From Lingula anatina (lineage: Eukaryota; Animalia; Brachiopoda), in the NCBI GenBank assembly GCA_051362555.1, contig CM120646.1, positions 8,928,001 to 8,992,000 on the forward strand: a stretch of 64,000 nucleotides of DNA, given 5' to 3'. Each line of letters starts with the position of its first letter. Position 1 is the stretch's first letter. The notes below the pieces were generated by a model, which saw nothing but the letters and a program-made list of their open reading frames with translations, did no database searches and was not told where the DNA came from. Made by a program: the position numbers and the translations under genes. Shown piece after piece: positions 39,094-50,369 of the stretch.

Positions 39094-40543
39094 TACCCAC
39101 ATATTTTACAAGCTCTTGATAAAAAGAAAAACAGTAATTTGAATTTAAAATAGTTAAACGTTAATAATTTTCACAAATCTTGTCCAATATTTGAGAAATT
39201 TGGACAGATGATGCATAACAATAATAAAAATCTGTGATAAGTTTAACAGTTGACAGTGTGTGACAGAATTGTAGTTGTTTGACATTTTGTATGCGAAGAG
39301 TGAGAATTATCCACAATATATTTTTTTCAATTTCACAACATCTAATTAGACTCACATTAAACATTAAATATTATGATTTGAGTTTGTTTGTGTAAGAGGT
39401 GACAAATTACCCATAATTTTCCTCTGGAAAAGAATATATACCCATTTAAGACATCTCCTTACTACCAATACCAGATGCAGATTCCTCCTTACAATCGGTT
39501 TCTGGAATTGAGGTTTAGCACACCATTTGACAATGTCCTAAAGCTTGCCATATATCATCTATTGTACACATGGATGAGACATAGCATTGCTCTTGCTGTT
39601 GTCTTTTGCTGTCTGTTTTTTCTGTAGGAATTAGCCCTGACCAGACAGGAAGAATCAGTTCACCAAAAAAGCCATCACACTGTATGGAAAAGGTTACCTG
39701 GAAAAAGAACAATATGTTTGATAAAAGTGAAAATTAAATTCTAAAAATTGACAGATTTCCCACACTAAAATAGTTGAACAATAATTTTGATAAACTTAAC
39801 CTAAACAGTTGACTATGTCTAATAAAAAGGATATTTTCAGAACATATAAATTTGAGAAATACTGAAAATGACATCGAAAAGACTGCAAAATGCGGTGCCT
39901 TAAAATAGTTAAATGTTAATAATTTTCACAAATCTTGTCCAATATTTGTGAAATTTGGAGAGATGATGCTTTACAATAACAAGGCAGCAAAGCTGTCAAA
40001 TGTACAGACAAAAAACAGAAAATAAAGATGCAAAATAGGTTATTTTGTCAATTTTGATGCAATAATAAATAATGCTTGTAATAGCACTATCAGTCAACAC
40101 TGAATTTTAATCATGCACAACAGGTAAAATGGTCAATAACATGAGCGGACCCAGAGATATTTTCTGACAGTATTCTAAAGTATCTATTTTGATCCATCCT
40201 CCATTTTGATGTTCTTCCAACAGAAGAAAAAACAGATACCAGGCAATATAAACTTAATAACCTGACTGTCTTCCGGAAGACCCACAAGATGGTCTAAATC
40301 TACCCTTTCAATAAGATTACAGTTTCAGGACCATGAGTTTAAATTCACATGATGAAAGTCTCAATATTTGAAATATGATGACAGTGCATAAAATAATATT
40401 ACATAAGTAACATAATGTTTAAAGACATAAAAAACAATACAACTGCTTATGTGGAAATACAGAAATGTCAGAGCCTCAGGCAGATGAGAGTTAAAAGTCA
40501 CAAATGCAAGTGTTTGAGAAAAAATTATAAAGGAAAACAACAA

Positions 40544-40728
40544 AACTTGAAAAGCGCTCCGAGAGTGCCAACCTCTGCCAAGGTAGCAATTGTTGATTAT
40601 TATTGATTATTGTCCTCTTTGGCCCACTTCTGACAGTTCCTGAAAATTTCAGCAAAATCGGTCCATAACTTTTTGAGTTATGTTGATGACAAACAGGGGT
40701 GAAAATATAACCTCCTTGGCAGAGGTAA
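40544..40728 (-). mobile_element. HINE family C (~185 bp), nested
   Basis: aacttga, stem-loop gcgctc-cga-gagtgc, subTIR acctctgccaagg...ccttggcagaggt-aa. Confidence 0.75.
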
Positions 40729-40774
40729 ATATAATTCCAATGAAGCTGCTATTCAAACTTTTAATCTTTGAGTT

Positions 40775-40822
<48 letters not shown>

Positions 40823-40824
<2 letters not shown>

Positions 40825-43705
40825 GTCATTCTTTGCTAGTGGTTACAAAATGTTGAATTTGACCAAAAATTTCAAACTTTCTCTGGGAAGCTGTAATTTT
40901 GCGATGTGATAGCTACACCATCACAGTTTATCATTTCATAAAAAGGGAAAGAGCAGCTGCCCTTTTTAGGGCACACAGGAGAGTTGAACAGCTATACCCA
41001 CCAAATCCAAGACGTGTTACCCTGGGTAATATATTTTGCACAAACTAATGAAAGTCTAATGGAATGTTTTCAGTTTTAGTTTAAATCATAAGGGGGTGTT
41101 GTCTCAATGCTTCAAAACTGGGTTTGAAGAATTTAATCCACATTTCATAATAAATAAAAATGGTGAATATGTGGGTCACGGTAACGTTATTGACGCGGGT
41201 ACAAAAACTTTTTATAATCATGTAAATAATAACAAATTTTTGCTATTATCCATACACACTTCAATCATGAGGGGCACACCACTTTCACATGCTTTTAAAA
41301 TGGAATTGACAAACACAGAGGAATAATGCACATATTTTATTTACTGTAACTCTGTCACATGGGACACACACTGAACAAAGTTGATCTAAAGAATGTTCCA
41401 GATTGTAGTTTTTTATCTGAATTATTATTTTTTTATTATTATTTTAACCCAATAAAGTTCAGTTAAATACAAAATTTAACAAAATGAAGTTCAGTGTAAC
41501 ACAAAGTTCATAATTATAACATTCTTCCTGACATATGTGGACCAATGGTGATATCTGTTCTGTGCTCACTAAGGCATCCACTCTTGGGATTCTGAAAAAA
41601 AAAATCACACAAAGAATCTGTTAACTATGATAACGAACAATGGATAACCTAAGATCACAAATAGTTTATTGCTTATTCAAAGAAAGTACAGTGCATTATG
41701 AGTGGCAAACACGCATTACTGAGACACATTTTCTTCACCCATTTTCGGTGCTTCATTGCGTAACGTAAGTGTTGCTAGTAATCCATTATTGCTGTTTTTA
41801 CAGATGGTTAAATTTTAAACGCACGGAATACAGTGTAGCAGCTTAATTTAAGACAAAACTAAAAAAAAGTAATTCAATTTCGATGATTTAGTTTTCGAGA
41901 ACAAGAGAACATGAATACGGTATCACCGCGTCACCATGTTCAATATGACCTTTAGGGTACGTACGGATAAAATTTAGTCCCAAAATATTACACGTCCCTA
42001 TACTCCCGTTACCGATAGATACATAAAGGAAAAACGGAAAAAACGTCTTTTTAGATTTAAATACCGATAGATCCGATTTTTTTCTGCTGTCCTATATATT
42101 TGCGTTCCTATAGATATGACGTCCTCATAAACCCACGTCCTTTAAATCCGCATACCTATAGATCCACGTATTTTTAGATCCAAATACCGATAGATCCATT
42201 ACAGGTACACTATTGCTCGAAATAGTTGGTATACTACTCAGTACATAAAATGCACTTCTTTAAAACGGCAGTACGCAGTCAGCAATATATTATTCTACTA
42301 GATCGTTTTCACACAATACTCAGTGAAAGAACATAAAAAGAACAAAAGTGTGTTCTATATTTCACAACGCTTAATTACTGTTCTAGCGTCAGAACACTGT
42401 TTAAAGCGTTCTCAAAATGCAACATTCGAATACGTAAAAAGTGTTCTGAATTTACATGTAAATGTGTTCTAAACAAAACAAAACAAAAAAGAACATAAAA
42501 ATGTGTTCTAAAGTTCACAACGCAAGTTGATATGGGCCTTTTAGCCGATTACGATGTCAGATAGATGGATCTAGCGGTACCTGGATCTAAAGATCCATGG
42601 GTTTATAGGAATCTGTTGGTGGATCTATCGGAACGTAAATTTAACGAGACGTAAATCTATTGAGACGTGTATGTATAGAGACCTATCTATCGGGGCGAAT
42701 ATTTTATTGGGACGTTTATCTATATGGCGGACCCCGACCTTTAGTCCCCCATGTGACACAGACGCAAAACGAAAGTTCAGACGAAGTCACCCTACTTATA
42801 GAATGGTAAAAATCAATCGGTACACAAATATGTTGAAACAATTGAAGAAAAATGAAACGAAACTCGTTATTTCTCACCTTCATACAAAGAAGATCCCAAT
42901 AAACAATCCTGTGACGGTTAAATCGAGGGAATTACACCTGTGCCCTGCATCCTATCTCGTCAGCGTCATTGCGTAACATGTTATCAGAATGGGCCACCCG
43001 CCAGTTTGAGCTGGTTTTTTTAGTGTGTAAAAGAAGCCATTCGTGTGTCGCTATCGATGTATAATTTTCACGCGGCATTTTAAAGTCGTCTGATAAGAAT
43101 CGATCTCTGAAGTTTCAGCGTTGCGAACGTAATATTGGGACGCGGTGAAGAAATATCGACCTTGCTGAGCAATAAATGTGAAATTCTTAAGAAAACTGAT
43201 ATTATCATGGATTTCGTGACACAAACTAACCGAAATACTACTTTGGACGATTGAACAGTTTTAATACGGAAAGATAGGATTAGATGAAATTTTCATCGGG
43301 ATGGGACACCGCATGTATCGTAAGTTAAGCTAATTTTGTGATCATTTTTCAGTGACTTCAAATAAATTTTTATTTAAATAACCATTTGCACATTCTGTTT
43401 ATTATATCTTCTTGCAGTAGGTGTATTCCCTGCTTCAATAATTCATTCAAACCCTAAACAAACTGTTCCTAAATAGAGGTAGGGTCGAAATTCCACAAAA
43501 AAGACGCCATTTTGAGGGTAATTTCGATATATTTTCTGCTTTTTCTCTTCTTTTGCTTTTATAACAATATCCTCCTTGCTCATGCAGCTTATTTGATTTG
43601 TTATTGAAACATACACAACGATGTCATGAGAATTTGGTCGGCTATCTAAATTTAAATAACATTCTTGTTATGGTCCCCCCGCAGTGCACCACTAGCAAAG
43701 AATGA

Positions 43706-43708
<3 letters not shown>
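40823..43708. mobile_element. Non-autonomous TIR element flanked by (TA)n on both sides, nested
   Basis: 21-bp TIR ctgtcattctttgctagtggt / accactagcaaagaatgactg (one mismatch); contains further foldback-like fragments at ~41955-42735. Confidence 0.8.
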
Positions 43709-43777
<69 letters not shown>

Positions 43778-44140
43778 TTATGTAATCTCATTTAATGGCC
43801 GATTAATTAGGCAAATTATTTTATAACACTGAAATTAGCTAAGTGAAACCCAAGGGAAATTTACAGACTGACCCTCTCAAAGGTCTTTCAGGCCCATAAG
43901 TCACAACTTAAGAAAAGCACAAAACAATAATGCACAAAATAGAAGACTACCAATTCTGATGCAATAATACATTATGTTTAACTGCACAGTCAACATCAAA
44001 TTTTAATTTTGCACAACAGGTAACACCAACGAAAGTAAAAGCATAAGGCTTCAGGCCCATTAGAGTTCAAGTTTATACTTAGAAAGTGCCAGAATGAGAA
44101 AAATGAAATTTCACACAAAACTGCATAAAATTCAATAATA

Positions 44141-47100
44141 AACTAGAGGATCAGAGAGGCGATACCGCCTCCGAATATTGTACCACCAGCTGGAGCAAGC
44201 GCATTCGTATAGACCCCCACATACGCAAAATAAGGGACACAGCCACTAGTCTTATGCTTGACAAGCTGTAAATATGCAATCAACAAGAATTTTCAAAATA
44301 CGCAAAAAAATATATATATAACTTAAAATGGTACAATCAAAGTTAAGTTCATTGTAAGGTAGGTCAAAGGTCAATTTCAAGGTCACAGTAAATTTCCAGT
44401 ATATGACTTCCTATTCAACTTCAATAGTAACTATGGACCTATCTCTGCCAGGTTTGGAGTTAAAGGAGAAAGAAATTAGCAGAGTTCAGTTCATGATTAT
44501 AAGTAGGTCAAAGGTCAATTTCAAGGTCACACTTAGATTGCCAGTATATGACTTCCTATTCAAGTTCAATAGTAACTATGGACCTATCTCGGTAGTTTTG
44601 GAAATAAAAGGGAACCAAAATTTGCAAAGTTCAATTCATGATAAAAAGTAGGTAAAAGGTCAATTTCAAGGTCACAATTAGATTGCCAGTATATGACTTC
44701 CTATTCAAGTTCAATAGTAACTATGGACCTATCTCTGCCAGTTTTGGAGATAAAAGGGAACCAAAATTTGCAAAGTTCAATTCATGATAAAAAGTAGGTC
44801 AAAGGTCAATTTCAAGGTCACATTTAGATTGCCAGTATATGACTTCCTATTCAACTTCAATAGTAACTATGGACCTATCTCTGCCAGGTTAGGAGTTAAA
44901 AGAGAAAGAAATTAGCAGAGTTCAGTTCATGATTATAAGTAGGTCAAAGGTCAATTTCAAGGTCACACTTAGATTGCCAGTATATGACTTCCTATTCAAG
45001 TTCAATAGTAACTATGGACCTATCTCGCTAGTTTTGGAAATAAAAGGGAACCAAAATTTGCAAAGTTCAATTCATGATAAAAAGTAGGTCAAAGGTCAAT
45101 TTTAAGTTCACATTTAGATTGCCAGTATATGACTTCCTATTCAACTTCAATAGTAACTAAGCACCTATCTCTGCCAGGTTTGGAGTTAAAAGGGAAGCAA
45201 AATTTGCAAAGTTCAGTTCATGGTGAAAAGTAGGTCAAAGGTCAATTTCAAGGTCACAGTAAGATTGCCAGTATATGACTTCCTATTCAACTTCAATAGT
45301 AACTATTGACCTATCTCTGTCAGGTTTGGAGTTAAAAGAGAAAGAAATAAGCAGAGTTCACTTCATGGTGAAAAGTAGGTCAAAGGTCAATTTAAAGGTC
45401 ACATTTAGATTGCCAGTATATGACTTCCTATTCAACTTCAATAGTAACTATGGACCTATCTCTGCTAGTTTTGGAGATAAAAGGGAAGCAAAATTTCCAA
45501 AGTTCAGTTCATGGTGAAAAGTAGGTCAAAGGTCAATTTCAAGGTCACATTTAGATTGCCAGTATATGACTTTCTATTCAACTTCAATAGTAACTATGGA
45601 CCTATCTCTGCCAGTTTTGGAGATAAAAGGGAAGCAAAATTTGCAAAGTTCAGTTCAAGGTGAAAAGTAGGTCAAAGGTCAATTTCAAGGTCACAGCAAG
45701 ATTGCCAGTACATGACTTCCTATTCAACTTCAATAGTAACTATGGACTTATCTCTGCCAGTTTTGGAGATATAAGGGACTAAATGTTATAATTTTGGAGT
45801 TACCATAATGTGCAATAAATTTCCTACGGAAAAATTTAATTAAAATAAAGAAAAGGTCATTTTGGTCAAAATTCTTGAAATGGGAGGTGCTCTGAAGTTC
45901 CAGATGTTCAAATTTGATGAAATAATGTCATTTTTGACCACAAGTTGCCTGCTTTGCCAAGCCTTATGTTTTATTTTTCCGGAGTTCAAAATTTATTATC
46001 CATTACCGTACTGCACATTTTGCTTTCACCATCAATATGTACTTTTTGATACAGCGTAACTTTGGAGATAAAAGGGAAGCAAAATTTGCAAAGTTCAGTT
46101 CTTGGTGAAAAGTAGGTCAAAGGTCAATTTTAAGGTCACATTAAGATTGCCAGTATATGACTTCCTATTCAACTTCAATAGTAACTATGGACCTATCTCT
46201 GCCAGGTTTGGACTTAAAAGAGAAAGAAATTAGCAGAGTTCAGTTCATGGTGAAAAGTAGGTCAAAGGTCAATTTCAAGGTCACATTTAGATTGCCAGTA
46301 TATGACTTTCTATTCAACTTCAATAGTAACTATGGACCTATCTCTGCCAGTTTTGGAGATAAAAGGGAGGCAAAATTTGCAAAGTTCAGTTCATGGTGAA
46401 AAGTAAGTCAAAGGTCAATTTCAAGGTCACAGTAAGATTGCCAGTACATGACTTCCTATTCAACTCCAATAGTAACTATGGACTTATCTCTGCCAGTTTT
46501 GGAGATATAAGGGACTAAATATTATAATTTCGGAGTTACCCTAATGTGCCATATATTTCCTACAGAAAAAATTAATTAAAATAAAGAAAAGGTCATTTTG
46601 GTCAAAATTCTTGAAATGGGAGGTGCTCTGAAGTTCCAGAAGTTCAAATTTGATGAAATAATGTCATTGTTGACCACAAGTTGTCTGCTTTGCCAAGCCT
46701 TATGTTTTATTTTTCCGGAGTTCAAAATTTATTATCCATTTTTGTCTACCGTACTGCACATTTTGCTTTCACCACCAATATGTACTTTTTGATACAGCGT
46801 AACTCGAAAACCGTATGGAATACAAAAAAACGGAGACCACCTTCAGTGTTGGGCTTTACATGCTCTACAAAATGCAAAAAAGAATGGGTCTCTAGCATTA
46901 ACGGTTCCCAAATTAGAGACAGTTTTCAGTTTTGGTATCTTATGGCCGCTACACCCGTGAAAATGCACCGATTGACCCCAAATTCACAAAGATGAAAGAT
47001 GACCTGAAGGGTAACATTTTCCAATAATATTATTGGTTAAGTCTGTGTGGTGTCTGAATAACAGCGCAAATAAATTTTTTTTCGAAAAAAAATTCATTTT

Positions 47101-47477
47101 TTTGAAAATTTTTGCCCGTTTGACCTTGAAATCCAAGGGCATATTTGAAATCTACACATATGACTTTTGGAAAGCCGTCTGTAGAAATTTTTCCCATAAT
47201 TCCTTCCGTAGGGTAGATAATTAGCATTTAATTTTGCCATTTTTGGACAAGGGTGCATTGCAATGAGTGCCACACCTAGACCCCAATACCGACAAAGCCC
47301 AAATTTTACGTGGAACGAGTTGAGATTATAGGTGACCTAAATCCAAGAGATGGGTATGGGGGCCCTTACCGTCTAGGAGGAGAAGCGGTAATGGTAACAT
47401 GGCGGCGGAGCCGGCGGAACGGACCGGACGGGACTAAAACCATGTGTACCGCCAGCGCTAACGCTGGTGGTACAATG
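44141..47477 (-). mobile_element. HINE family B, complete, nested in HINE-A
   Basis: 14-bp subTIR attgtaccaccagc (44177-44190; 47463-47476), stem-loop gaggcg-atac-cgcctc, terminal palindrome gtaccgccagcg-ctaa-cgctggtggtac, (cgg/gacg) microsatellite. Confidence 0.9.
44361..46515 (+). repeat. ~145-146-bp tandem array inside HINE-B (10 + 3 units)
   Basis: aggtcaaaggtcaatttcaaggtcac at 44361, 44505, 44650, 44796, 44941, 45086, 45232, 45377, 45523, 45669, then 46114, 46259, 46405. Confidence 0.95.
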
Positions 47478-50369
47478 ATAACCCAATTGACCTGGCTTTC
47501 TGATTTGAACTGCATGCCAATCCTAAAAATCATACTCATATAATAATAAATAACATAGTTTTCTTTTCATAATGTTTGCAGTAGCAGTGCAAAAAGATTA
47601 TTGTCAACTTTGATGTAACATTACATAATAAATTATAGAATAATTATCACCAATTTTTGATTATTGCCTATAAATAGCATGAACATGTAGAAAATTTGAT
47701 TACCATCCGGCTTCATGTCCATGGGAGCTCCAAGTCCCACAATGAATATGCCAAAAAGATAATGAATATTTCACTAAAATGTATAACTTCCAGAAAAAGA
47801 AGCCAATTAGACTGCTTTTCCAACTCGGGCTGCATGTCCTGTGTTTCTTTTTTGAAAGTTTGACAATCATAAGTAACACGGTTTTCCCATAATGGTCATC
47901 ATGGCAGAAGCACCAAAAATTGTGTTTTCTTCTATTTTGATGCAACATTACATAATGCTTAACAGCATAATACATCAATTTTTAATAATAAAATATATGT
48001 GTCATGGATTTTCAGAAAATGTGACTAGCATGGGTCTTCAAGTGGAGGTTCTAAGTCGCACCTTTAAAATGCCAAGAAGTGAAAAATTAAATTTTCACAA
48101 AAAACTGTTAAATTGCCAGAAAAATTTACCAAACAGACTGCATTGCCTCCTGAAGCTGTATGTTAGACCCATGTTTCTTTCCTGTAAGTTTGAGAACAGT
48201 AAGTGATATGATTTCCCTTAAATGGTCATCATAGAAGCAGTGCCCAAAATAGTTTTTTTTTTTCAAATTTTGATGCAACATTACATAATGTTTAACAGCA
48301 TAATGACCATCAAATGTTATGAATATAATATTAGTAACATGGACATTCAGAAAACATGACAAGCAAAGGTCTTCACGATCATGGAACTTCAAAGTCACAC
48401 CTGAAAAATGCCAACATGTGAAAAATTAAATTTTCACATAAAAATGTTTAACTGCCAGAAAAAGTTACCAAACAGACTGCATTGCCTACTGAAGCTGTAT
48501 TTTAGTCCCATGTTTCTTTCCTGTAAGTTTGAGAACAGTAAGTGACAAGATTTTCCTTAAATAGTCATCATGGGAGCAGTGCCCAAAATAGGGGTTTCTT
48601 CAAATTTTGATGCAATATTACATAATGTTTAACAGCATAATGACCATTAATTTTTAATCATAAAATATTAGTATCACAGATATTCAGAAAATGTGACTAG
48701 CAAAGGTCTTCAGGCCCATGGAACTTCAAAGTCACATCTTGAAACATCTTGAAAATGCCAAAATGTAAACAAGACAGCACTGTTCTGAAATGGGTTTATT
48801 TCCGTTTTTAACACTTTTTTAACATAAAACAAAATAAACATTTTACTGCCATTTTTTTATGACCAACTAAGAAAATTGATGAGATGAGAAAAGTATCAAT
48901 AGAACAGTGTTAAATGTCCAATTTCCTCCATTCTGAGATTCTGAACATAGTGGATGATTGAATCTGACAAACTGCAATGATATGAGTTTATTTCCATTCT
49001 TGACACTTGATTACACAATACATGATAACAAGTTTACCATCATTTTTACATAATCAACTAATAATGTTGTAAAGATGCAGGAAATGTCAAACAAACACTT
49101 TTACGTATCTTATTACTTAAATAATAAGGCTATTAACATGCCTAAGAATTAAATCTGAGGAAATCTGAGGAAATGTGAAAAAACAGCATAATGCTGAACA
49201 ATGAAAAAACCGCATAACTACTAAAATGGTGGCCCGATCATGCTGATTTTGTACTTGACCTGCATTTTAGTAAGATTGATTACTCCTGTGAGTTTCATGA
49301 CAACAGGCCTAACAGTTTTCCTTGAAATGTGTTAACAAGGTTGCATATATGCTGAAAAGTGAAAAAACAGCATAACTTCTACAATAATGGCCTGATCATG
49401 CTGATTTTCAAACTTGACCTGCGTTTTATGAATATTCATCAGCTCTGTAAATATAAAGCCAAAAAGTGAAACTGCCTTCCACTTATCGTGTTTACAAGGA
49501 AAGTGCACGGCGCCGGCGACGGCATCGGCATCGGCATCGGCGACGGCGACGACAGACGCGGGTGATGGCAATATGTACAGGCACATCTGTGTCTGTACAT
49601 AATAAAAATCTGTGATAAGCTCATCAGTTGAATGTGTCTCATGAAAAAGAATTTTCAGAACATATAAATGTGAAAAAACTGAAAATGACACTGAAAAGAC
49701 TGCCAAATGCGGTGCCTTAAAATAGTTAAATGTTAATAATATTCACAAATCTTGTCCAATATTTGTGGAATTTGGAGAGATGAAGCATAACAACAATAAA
49801 AATCTGTGATAAGCTCAACAGTTGACTGTGTCTCATAAAAAATATTTTTTTGGACAATAAATTTGAGAAAACTGAAAATGACATTGAAAAGACTGCTAAA
49901 TTCCATGGCTTAAAATAGTTAAACGTTAATAATTTTTACAAATCTTGTCTAATATTTGTGAAATTTGGACAGATGATGCATAACAATAATAAAAATCTGT
50001 GAAAAGCTCATCAAATGAATGTGTCTCATGAAAAAGAATTTTTTCAGCATATAAATGTGAGAAAACTGAATATGCAAAATTCCAAGGTATAAAATAGTTA
50101 AACATTAATATTTTTCACAAATCTTGTCCAATATTTGTGGAATTTGGAGAGATGATGCTTAACCATAATAAAAATCTGTGATAAGCTCATCAGTTGACTG
50201 TGTCTCATTAAAAAGATTTTTTTGGACAATAAATTTGAGAAAATTGAAAATGACACTGAGAAGACTGCAAAAGGCGGTGCCTTAAAATAGTTAAACGTTA
50301 ATAATTTTCACAAAACTTGTTCAATATTTGTGAAATTTGGAGAGATGATACTTAACAATAACAAAAATA

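Larger units (their letters stand above)
37069..39144 (+). mobile_element. Penelope/Poseidon-type PLE, 5'-truncated with inverted pLTR, recently inserted in the satellite
   Basis: 37101-37322 is the reverse complement of 38925-39146; TSD ttaaaatagttaa at 37056-37068 and 39145-39157. Confidence 0.95.
39978..49602 (-). mobile_element. HINE family A, complete ends, expanded to 9.6 kb by nested insertions, inserted in a satellite monomer without TSD
   Basis: Ends aacaaggcagcaaagctgtcaaatgtacagac and cggcgacggcatcggc...atatgtacaggcacatctgtgtctgtacat; subTIR atgtacagac; the flanks rejoin to the monomer gatgatgct.tacaataataaaaatctgtg. Confidence 0.85.
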
